15,189 bases of DNA from Candidatus Competibacterales bacterium (lineage in GTDB: Bacteria; Pseudomonadota; Gammaproteobacteria; Competibacterales; Competibacteraceae): NCBI GenBank assembly GCA_050330975.1, contig JBHJHK010000090.1, positions 1-15,189 on the forward strand. Direction: 5' to 3'. The first letter of the stretch is position 1, and each line of letters opens with the position of its first letter. Shown here piece after piece: positions 6,665 through 13,613 of this stretch. Under the pieces are notes generated by a model. That model saw only the letters and a list, made by a program, of their open reading frames with translations, was not told where the DNA came from and searched no databases. The position numbers were made by a program, and so were the translations under genes.

Positions 6665-6726
6665 CGGAGCTCATCTCTTTCCAGGTCGCTATCCCGTCCC
6701 TCCGGTGCAAAAAACATCCATGAACA

Positions 6727-7788
6727 ATGTGTGATCTCTCCGCCGCCCCGCCGTCCCGCGACCCCGATTCCACCATTTCCTTTGCCCCGCGTGACAGCGC
6801 CCCGTTGGAGCCCAACGGCGGTGGCTGCGGGCGACGGCGCAAGCTTTGGGAGCTGGAGCCCCACTGCCACTGCGCGGTATTGGGCACTTGCTTGCCGGTC
6901 AAAGTGTTGCGGCAAATCTACACCCAGATCCAGGGAGAGGCCCCGGTTCACCTGAGCGATTACCAAATCCACAGCTTGTTCGTCAAAGAGGCCAGTGCTC
7001 CCTGTGCCGCCATTCGCCGGGTCCACAAGGCCCTGGAAGCCCGCTACCGGGTTGCCGTCCAGCGCTTTGCCAAGGCCAAGGATGAGGCCGAGTTGACGGC
7101 CTTGTGGGAAGTCGCGGTGGTCAACGAGGAGGAGGTGGCAGGCGCCTACTGGGCCCTCATGACCCATCCGCGCCTCAGTAAAATCCTGGCCGCCCGGGCC
7201 TTTGGCGACGTCCATATGCTCTCCCACCTGGCTGGACGTTGTCGTCAGCGCAGCGCCCGGCAACAGCAGCAGCTGGAGAGGCGTTGTCGGGAACTCCAAA
7301 GCCAGTTGGCCGAGCGCAGCACGGCGTTGTGTCGACTGCAGCGGGAGCGCCACGACGAGCGCCGGACCCTGGAAAAGGCCCAGCAAGCCCTCCGGGAGCG
7401 AGAGGCCACCATCGCTTATCTCGAGGCGCAACTGGTGGCGTTGGAGACGACGACGGAACTCGCCGACCTCCGCCGCCAGCTGGCCGCCGCCGAGCGCCGG
7501 GCCCAGTGGGCCGAGGGGCGGCTGGCCGCCCTGGCTTCTGAGGTGCCGCCCGCCGTCGAGGCCGAGCCCGAAACCATATCTCCCCCCCGGTGCCGGTCAA
7601 TCCCGAGCCCCCGGCATTGCCCCCTTGCCCCACCCCACCGAATTTGTGTGGTCGCTGTATTCTCTACGTCGGCGGTCGCCAGGGCTGCCGCGCCCGGCTC
7701 CAGCGCCTGGTGGAGGCCGCCAACGGCCGCTTTCTCTACCACGACGGCGGCCGGGAAGACGCCTCGGCCAGGCTCGGGGAGCTTCTAG
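6727..7788 (+). CDS. Cys-rich N-terminus plus long coiled-coil; probable N-terminal part of a DUF2325 protein, reading frame lost at the C7 tract 7582-7588 (nominal stop 7786-7788 is out-of-frame read-through)
   Basis: CGRRRKLWELEPHCHCAVLGTC motif, then an Ala/Arg/Glu/Gln-rich heptad region (...RQQQQLERRCRELQSQLAERSTALCRLQRERHDERRTLEKAQQALREREATIAYLEAQLVALETT...). After the poly-C tract, frame 1 turns into low-complexity junk. Start codon uncertain (no SD at 6727). Confidence 0.5.
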   Translation: MCDLSAAPPSRDPDSTISFAPRDSAPLEPNGGGCGRRRKLWELEPHCHCAVLGTCLPVKVLRQIYTQIQGEAPVHLSDYQIHSLFVKEASAPCAAIRRVHKALEARYRVAVQRFAKAKDEAELTALWEVAVVNEEEVAGAYWALMTHPRLSKILAARAFGDVHMLSHLAGRCRQRSARQQQQLERRCRELQSQLAERSTALCRLQRERHDERRTLEKAQQALREREATIAYLEAQLVALETTTELADLRRQLAAAERRAQWAEGRLAALASEVPPAVEAEPETISPPRCRSIPSPRHCPLAPPHRICVVAVFSTSAVARAAAPGSSAWWRPPTAAFSTTTAAGKTPRPGSGSF

Positions 7789-7964
7789 AGCGGGCCGATG
7801 CGGTGATTTGCCCTTTGAACTGCATCAGTCACAACGCCGTCAACGGGGTCAAGCGCCGCTGCCGCCGGGCGGCCAAGCCGGTGGTCATGGTGAAGAGCCC
7901 CAGCCTCGCCGCCCTGAACGCCGCCCTCCACCGCCTGCCCAGCGCCGAGGCGCCCCCACCGTGA
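7590..7964 (+). CDS. DUF2325 domain ORF (C-terminal part of the split gene above)
   Basis: ...PPALPPCPTPPNLCGRCILYVGGRQGCRARLQRLVEAANGRFLYHDGGREDASARLGELLERADAVICPLNCISHNAVNGVKRRCRRAAKPVVMVKSP... matches the Cys-x2-Cys...Cys-P-x-N-C-I-S-H pattern of DUF2325. GTG 7590 lies immediately 3' of the C7 tract and has no RBS of its own. Confidence 0.55.
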   Translation: MPVNPEPPALPPCPTPPNLCGRCILYVGGRQGCRARLQRLVEAANGRFLYHDGGREDASARLGELLERADAVICPLNCISHNAVNGVKRRCRRAAKPVVMVKSPSLAALNAALHRLPSAEAPPP

Positions 7965-8929
7965 CGCCCCCGCCGGGTCTCCCCCTGGGGCGCCTTTCGC
8001 CCCAGGCCAACGCCGTGGTGGTGACTTTGCGCTGCTGTGGTGGCGACGCCGGGGATACAGACCCCGCCGCCGTGGCCCTGCACCTCGCCTTGCCCCATCC
8101 CGCCGCCCGGGCCGTGGCGACGATCTCGGGGGAGGTGATGGCGCGCTGGTGGGCCCACGGCCACCGCCGGCCCCAGCTGCTCGACGTCGCCGCGCCGCGC
8201 CTGAGCGTCGACGAGGTGACCCTCTTGGGTCTGCTGGCGGCTTGGCAGGGGACGGACGAAGTGCGGGCCCACAGCCTCGCCCGGCGGCTGGTGGTGCCCG
8301 GGGGCGTGGGTGGGCTTTTGGGCGCCGCCGGACAACTGGCCGGGGTGCTGGCCCGGGCCAAGCGGCGTCTGACGGCGGAGGATACCCGTTGGCTGGCCCA
8401 CTGGGCCTCGGAGTGGTCGCACCCATCATCCGCGCCCCGGCGGGTCGCCGACCTGTCGGCGGCGGAGCGGTGGCTGTTGGCGGGGTTGCGGCTGTGGGCC
8501 CATCCCGGCCGGCGGGGCCGGTCTGCCGTGCCGCTGTTGTGGGACCACTTCGCCCCCTGGGGCACCGAGGTGATCGCCGGGGGTCTGGATCGCCTATTGG
8601 TCACCCTGGATCGCGCCCGGGCCTTGGAGCTGGGCTGCCCCGGCTGCGCCGTGGTCTCCGGCCACGAAGGCCAGCTGTTGGCGGCCATCGCCGGCGCCCA
8701 GGGGGCAGCCCATGGCCAATCGCGCGGCGAGTCCCCGGGGCCGAACGCCCTCCCCACCCCCCTGGAGGCCGACCAACGGGCCCTGGTGGCGGTGCTGTTG
8801 ACCCGCATCGGCGCCGTCCTGGCGGCGGCGGGGGTCAAGCTGCCGATCCCCGGTGGGGGGGAAGAGCGGGGGCTAACCCCCCCAACCCCGGGTTCGGACC
8901 CAGGGCTGTTTAAAACGCAAGGTATCTAA
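7961..8929 (+). CDS. hypothetical protein (322 aa), translationally coupled to the DUF2325 ORF (GTGA)
   Basis: GTG 7961 overlaps stop TGA 7962-7964. The downstream frame has a good coding pattern (...ATISGEVMARWWAHGHRRPQLLDVAAPRLSVDEVTLLGLLAAWQG...LELGCPGCAVVSGHEGQ...). The track ORF 7202..8929 is an artefactual 5' extension across the upstream gene. Confidence 0.5.
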   Translation: MTPPPGLPLGRLSPQANAVVVTLRCCGGDAGDTDPAAVALHLALPHPAARAVATISGEVMARWWAHGHRRPQLLDVAAPRLSVDEVTLLGLLAAWQGTDEVRAHSLARRLVVPGGVGGLLGAAGQLAGVLARAKRRLTAEDTRWLAHWASEWSHPSSAPRRVADLSAAERWLLAGLRLWAHPGRRGRSAVPLLWDHFAPWGTEVIAGGLDRLLVTLDRARALELGCPGCAVVSGHEGQLLAAIAGAQGAAHGQSRGESPGPNALPTPLEADQRALVAVLLTRIGAVLAAAGVKLPIPGGGEERGLTPPTPGSDPGLFKTQGI

Positions 8930-8931
8930 GT

Positions 8932-8964
8932 AAAAAATAATTAATTTAATGAGAATCGTTAGCA
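8932..8964. promoter_or_regulatory. operator-like motif copy 4: degenerate AT-rich first half plus TGAGAA-tcg-TTAGCA
   Basis: AAAAAA-taa-TTAATT-taa-TGAGAA-tcg-TTAGCA, about 70 bp upstream of the imelysin start. This is the only AT-rich island in the 8.9-9.0 kb region. Confidence 0.45.
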
Positions 8965-9035
8965 ATCTTATTTCAGATTTACCCCAGGGGTCCCCCTGCG
9001 TGAAACCCCCCTACATGAAACGAGGAGTGTGCGCT

Positions 9036-10412
9036 ATGTCGAGTGATGGTCGTGCCCTATGGCTGGGTTGTGCCCTGTGGCTGGGCGTGGGGGGCGCGTT
9101 TTGCGCCCACGGTGCAGAAGTGAGCCGCGAAGCCGTGGTGGCGCAAAACGCCGCCATCGCCTTTGCCGTGTACAGCGACAGCGCGGAGACGGCCAAGGCC
9201 CTCCAGGCCGCCGTTGACACCCTGGTGGAAGCTCCCACGGAGGCCCACCTGGCGGCCGCCCGGGAGGCGTGGCTCGCGGCCCGAGAGCCCTATGGCCAGT
9301 CGGAAGTCTACCGGTTTCGCAACGGCCCCATCGACGCCCTCACCGTCGCCGGGGAAATGATCCCCGGCGAGGGGCGCGAGGGCTATATCAATGCCTGGCC
9401 CCTGGACGAGGCGTTGATCGACTACGTGGTGGAGGTGGACGGCAACGCCCGCAACGAGGACCAACCGGTGACCTCGCTGATCGCCGACGAACGCTTTGAG
9501 ATCACCCCCGCCAACCTCAACGCCATGAACGAGTTGGGGGAAAACGAAGCCAACGTCGCCACGGGTTACCACGCCATCGAGTTTTTACTCTGGGGTCAGG
9601 ACCTCAACGGCGACCGCGCGCCCCACGACGGCCGTCGGCGGCGGGACGACACCCCGGGGCAGCGGCCGGTGACGGACTACAGGGCCGACGCCGACTGCAC
9701 CAGCGGCGCCGAGTCGTCCCCGGCGGCGATTTGCGAGCGCCGGGGCCAGTACCTCCGGGCCGCCGCCGCGTTATTGGTGGAGGACTTGACCCGCATCGCC
9801 GCCGCCTGGGACCCCGACGGTGGCGCCCACTACCAGCGCTTTACCGCCGGTGAGGACGAGGGACGCGCCTTGTTGAAGATCCTCATCGGCATGGGCAGCC
9901 TGAGCTATGGCGAGCTGGCCGGCGAGCGGATTTTGGTGGCGTTGGCCGCCAACTCCCAGGAAGACGAGCACTCCTGCTTTGCCGACAACACCCACCGGGA
10001 CATTTACCTCAACGCCCTGGGGATCCAGAACAGCTACCTCGGTCGCTACACCCGGGTGGACGGCGCCGAGGTCACGGGCCCCGGTATCGACGCCCTGCTT
10101 CGGGCCCAGGGTCACACCGAGCTCGCCGACCGGCTCAAGGCCCAGCTGGCCGCCACCATGGAGGCCGCCCAGGTGATCGTCGACAAGGCCGAACAGGGGA
10201 TGCCCTTTGACAGGCTCATCGAGCAGTACCCCGGGGAAGACAAGGACGGCCGGCCGATCCTCAACGCCAACATGGCCAATAACATCCTGGTGAACGACGT
10301 GGTGGTGGCCCTCCAGCGCCAAACCCGCACCATCGAGGACGCCATCGCCGCGCTGTTTGGCGAGGGCATAGACTACGACATCGAGGACAGCCCGGCCTTT
10401 GCCGGTGGCTAG
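9036..10412 (+). CDS. imelysin-like protein (peptidase M75 / IrpA / ICMP family; iron-regulated periplasmic protein)
   Basis: Contains the imelysin HxxE-type motif context GYHAIEFLLWGQDLNG and GYINAWPLDEALIDYV, with an N-terminal signal-like hydrophobic segment. ATG 9036 has a GAGGAG SD 8 nt upstream; ATG 9015 is also possible. Confidence 0.8.
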   Translation: MSSDGRALWLGCALWLGVGGAFCAHGAEVSREAVVAQNAAIAFAVYSDSAETAKALQAAVDTLVEAPTEAHLAAAREAWLAAREPYGQSEVYRFRNGPIDALTVAGEMIPGEGREGYINAWPLDEALIDYVVEVDGNARNEDQPVTSLIADERFEITPANLNAMNELGENEANVATGYHAIEFLLWGQDLNGDRAPHDGRRRRDDTPGQRPVTDYRADADCTSGAESSPAAICERRGQYLRAAAALLVEDLTRIAAAWDPDGGAHYQRFTAGEDEGRALLKILIGMGSLSYGELAGERILVALAANSQEDEHSCFADNTHRDIYLNALGIQNSYLGRYTRVDGAEVTGPGIDALLRAQGHTELADRLKAQLAATMEAAQVIVDKAEQGMPFDRLIEQYPGEDKDGRPILNANMANNILVNDVVVALQRQTRTIEDAIAALFGEGIDYDIEDSPAFAGG

Positions 10413-10471
10413 AAACCATAGCAACGGCCATGACGGCGGGCGCTGAAATCGCTCGCCCGAGGAGGTGTCCC

Positions 10472-12050
10472 ATGTTCCCGAGGCGTCTGTCGAGCCTGGC
10501 TGTGGCCGCGGTCATCGCCGCCCAAGTCCCAGCCGTCGAGGCCTTGGCGGTGGGAGCCGATGGCGCCCCCCCCTGGGCGTTCGACCCGTCGGAGGTCTAC
10601 CCCGGGGGCGCTGCCACCGCGGAGGTTTTCAACGAACGGGCCTATTCCCAGTTTCCCCCGGGGTTGGGTTTCATCGACCAGGGGAGTTTTAAGCGGGGCG
10701 ATCACCTGTTTCGCGGGGTACACAGGGGGTTGGGTCCTCTGTACAACGCCCGCAGTTGCCAGGGATGCCACGTCCACGACGGCCGCGGCCATCCCCCGAG
10801 CCATGGCGACGAGACCATGGTGTCGATGTTTCTGCGCCTCAGCGTCCCCGGGGTGGGGCCCCACGGCGGCCCGCGCCCCGAGCCCCGCTACGGCGACCAG
10901 CTCCAGACCTTCGCCATGGCCGGCCCCGGGGGCGAGGGCCACAGTTTTGTCGACTACGAGACGATCCAGGGTCAATACCCCGACGGCGAGCCCTTTGAAC
11001 TGCGCCGGCCGATTTACAAAGTCCGGGCCTTGACCGAGGGGCCCCTGGCGCCGACGGTGATGTTTTCCCCTCGGGTGGCGCCGCCGGTGTACGGTTTGGG
11101 CCTCATTGAAGCCATCCCCGCCGCCGCCATCGAAGCCCGGGCCGACCCCCGTGATCGCGACGGCGACGGCATCTCCGGGCGGGTCAACCGGGTGTGGGAC
11201 GCCGTGGCCGGCCGCGCCGCCGCCCCGGGTCGGTTTGGCTACAAGGCGGCCTCCCCCAGTTTGCTGCTACAGCTAGCCGGGGCCTACCGCGGGGATATGG
11301 GGGTCACCAATGAGAGCAGGCAAGTCACGAAGGGAATGGGGACGTACCTACCGCGGGGATATGGGGGTCACCAATCCCCTGTTCCCCGAGGAGTCCTGTA
11401 GCCCGCTGCAGATCACCTGTCGGGAACAAGCCCGGGAGGAACCCAGTGCCCGACCCAACGCCACCGCCCTGGAATTGGCCCTCGTGGAATTTTACAACCG
11501 CACCTTGGCGGTGCCCCGGCGCCGGGACGCCGACGACCCGGTGGTGTTGGCGGGCAAGGGCCATTTTCACCAAACGGGCTGTGTCGGCTGTCACACCCCC
11601 CGCTACGAGACCGGTCCCTTGGTGGGCTCGGCCCTGGGGGAGATCAACGGCCTGTTCCTCGACCCCGAGGCCGAGCCCCGGGAGATCGAGGTGTTGTCCC
11701 GCCAGACCATCTGGCCCTACACCGACTTGCTGCTCCACGACATGGGGGGCGAATGTCGGGCGGTGACCGAGGAGACCCCGGGGGTATGGGTCCAGCGCTG
11801 TACGGGCCTCGCCGACGGCCGCCCGGTGTTCGACGCCTCGGGGAGCGAGTGGCGCACCCCACCGCTGTGGGGCATCGGCTTGACCCAGACCGTCAATCCC
11901 CGGGCGGGATTCCTCCACGACGGCCGGGCGCGCACCGTGGAGGAGGCGATTTTGTGGCACGATGGCGAGGCCAGGGCCGCCAAAGAGGGCTTTATGGCGT
12001 TGCCCCGGGCGGCCCGGGCCGCCCTGCTGCGGTTTGTGGAGTCGTTGTAA
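10472..12050 (+). pseudogene. DUF1111 di-haem cytochrome c (di-haem peroxidase-like 'thiol oxidoreductase') paralog A, frame broken by a 64-bp insertion
   Basis: Track ORFs 10430..11401 and 11310..12050 are the two halves. Two CxxCH motifs (CQGCH, CVGCH). Removing 11312-11375 restores a continuous ...AYRGDMGVTNPLFPEESCSPLQITC... frame homologous to paralogs B and C. Start ATG 10472 has a GAGGAGG SD. Confidence 0.7.
11283..11375. repeat. perfect 29-bp direct repeat (CCTACCGCGGGGATATGGGGGTCACCAAT) flanking a 35-bp unique segment
   Basis: Copies at 11283-11311 and 11347-11375. The intervening GAGAGCAGGCAAGTCACGAAGGGAATGGGGACGTA has lower GC than its surroundings. Net insertion is 64 bp (+1 frame). 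Confidence 0.9.
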
Positions 12051-13472
12051 ATGTACCATTGGGTCGTCGCGGGACTGTTGGCTGCGGGCCTGGTGGGAGG
12101 GCCTTGGGCGTGGGGGGCGGATATCCCGGCCCTCGACCCCCGGGAGGCCTACCCCGGAGGCGAGGCCACGGCGAGGGCCACCCGGGGCCCCCTCCACTGG
12201 CGCCTGGCGCCGAATTTGGACCTGGCGGCCCAGGGCCAAGCCCTGGTGGGCCACGGCTTTTTCTCCGACCCGTGGGTGATGGCACCGGCCTCCACCACCG
12301 CCCGGGACGGCCTGGGGCCCTTGTACAACGCCCGGGCCTGTACCAGCTGCCACGCCGACGGCGGCCGGGGACGCGTTCCCCCCGGGGGTCCCTGGGTGTC
12401 TTTGGTGTTGCGCCTGCGGCCGTCCCCCCGGGGGGCCATGCCCTACGGCGACCAGCTCCAGCCCCTGGGGGTGGGACAGCCCGGGGAGGGCCACTTGCAG
12501 GTGAGCTATACCCCGCGTCCGGGTCACTACCCCGACGGCACCCCCTACACCCTCTACGTCCCGCGCTACACCGTCGTCGATACCGTCGCCGATACCGTCG
12601 CCGATACCGTCGCCGATGGGACCCCCGACTCGCCGAACCCCGGCTCGCCAAAGCGCCTCCCCGGCCCCGCCTCGGCGCGGCTGGCCCAGCCCCTCTACGG
12701 CCTGGGGCTGTTGGAGGCCATTCCCCCCGGGGTCATCGAAGCCCGAGCCGACCCCGGTGATCGCGACGGCGACGGCATCTCCGGGCGGGCGGCCCAGGTG
12801 GTGGAGCTCGCCAGCGGCGCCCGGCGGTTGGGACGCTTTGGCCACAAGGCCCGCCATCCCACGGTGCACCAGCAGGTGGCCCACGCCTTTGCCAACGACA
12901 TCGGCATCACCAACCCCCTCTACCCCGCCCAGCCCTGCGCCCCCGCCCAAGTCCGCTGCCTAGCCGGGCCCCACGGCCCCGGGCCGGGCACCGACCACGA
13001 GATCGACGCCGAGCGCCTGGCCGCCGTGACCCGCCTCACCCAGAGCCTCGGTCCGCCGCGGCGCCCGGACTGGGATGACCCCGCGGTGGTGGCGGGGCGG
13101 GCCCTGTTCCACCGGGTGGGATGCGCCACCTGCCACACCCCCCGCTTTGCCCTCGACCCCGGGACCGACCCCGCCGGCCCGGGCCAGGTGATCTGGCCCT
13201 ACAGCGACGTGTTGCTCCACGACATGGGGGACGAGCTGGCCGACGGGGTCGCCGAGGGGGACGCCTCGGGGCGGGAATGGCGCACGCCGCCCCTGTGGGG
13301 TTTGCGGGCCGTGGACCCCCGCCACGCCCGCTACCTCCACGACGCCCGCGCCCGGACCCTGGAGGAGGCGATTTTGTGGCACGGCGGCGAGGGCGCCGCC
13401 GCCCGGGAGGGCTTTCGCCGGCTGACGGCGACCCAGCGCCGGTTGCTGCTGCGGTTTTTGGCCTCCCTTTAA
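12051..13472 (+). CDS. DUF1111 di-haem cytochrome c paralog B
   Basis: CTSCH and CATCH haem-binding motifs; conserved DRDGDGISGR, GRFGHKA, EWRTPPLWG and EEAILWHGGEG blocks shared with paralogs A and C. ATG 12051 abuts the stop of A. Signal-like N-terminus. Confidence 0.8.
   Translation: MYHWVVAGLLAAGLVGGPWAWGADIPALDPREAYPGGEATARATRGPLHWRLAPNLDLAAQGQALVGHGFFSDPWVMAPASTTARDGLGPLYNARACTSCHADGGRGRVPPGGPWVSLVLRLRPSPRGAMPYGDQLQPLGVGQPGEGHLQVSYTPRPGHYPDGTPYTLYVPRYTVVDTVADTVADTVADGTPDSPNPGSPKRLPGPASARLAQPLYGLGLLEAIPPGVIEARADPGDRDGDGISGRAAQVVELASGARRLGRFGHKARHPTVHQQVAHAFANDIGITNPLYPAQPCAPAQVRCLAGPHGPGPGTDHEIDAERLAAVTRLTQSLGPPRRPDWDDPAVVAGRALFHRVGCATCHTPRFALDPGTDPAGPGQVIWPYSDVLLHDMGDELADGVAEGDASGREWRTPPLWGLRAVDPRHARYLHDARARTLEEAILWHGGEGAAAREGFRRLTATQRRLLLRFLASL
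12571..12617 (+). repeat. in-frame 12-bp tandem repeat (GATACCGTCGCC, three full units plus partials) encoding (DTVA)n
   Basis: Units at 12579-12590, 12591-12602 and 12603-12614. They encode ...YTVVDTVADTVADTVADGT... in a loop that is absent from paralogs A and C. Confidence 0.85.
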
Positions 13473-13613
13473 CACCCCTTGGGATAGACCCTTCACCATG
13501 ATCGATGGGATTGATGCTCCCTTTGGCCTCGGCACCGCCGTTGAGGCGTTGTTCTTCGCCCCGGTGTTGAACACCGTCCCCTGGGAGCTGGCCTTCAACG
13601 AGGAGGACGGCCA

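Noticed and set aside
7202-7960. 5' two-thirds of track ORF 7202..8929 (and ORFs 7239..7541, 7175..7633, 7785..8429, 7829..8422, 7885..8838, 8149..8913)
   Set aside because: Ser/Arg/Pro-rich junk in alternative frames of the coiled-coil/DUF2325 genes. The real downstream gene most plausibly starts at GTG 7961.
8949-9035. Longer N-terminus for the imelysin gene (track start 8949, MRIVSNLISDL...)
   Set aside because: That start lies inside the AT-rich operator/promoter region and is not preceded by an SD. ATG 9036 (or 9015) with a GAGGAG SD is more plausible.
10430-10471. Upstream ATG 10430 for DUF1111-A
   Set aside because: ATG 10472 has a strong GAGGAGG SD and begins a signal-peptide-like sequence. 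The 10430 start has no SD.
11325-12950. 541-aa - strand ORF and 12960..13934 - strand ORF across the DUF1111 paralogs
   Set aside because: Shadow ORFs of the + strand genes. Their products are repetitive Gly/Pro/Arg strings (for example GDGIGDGIGDGID is just the complement of the DTVA repeat).
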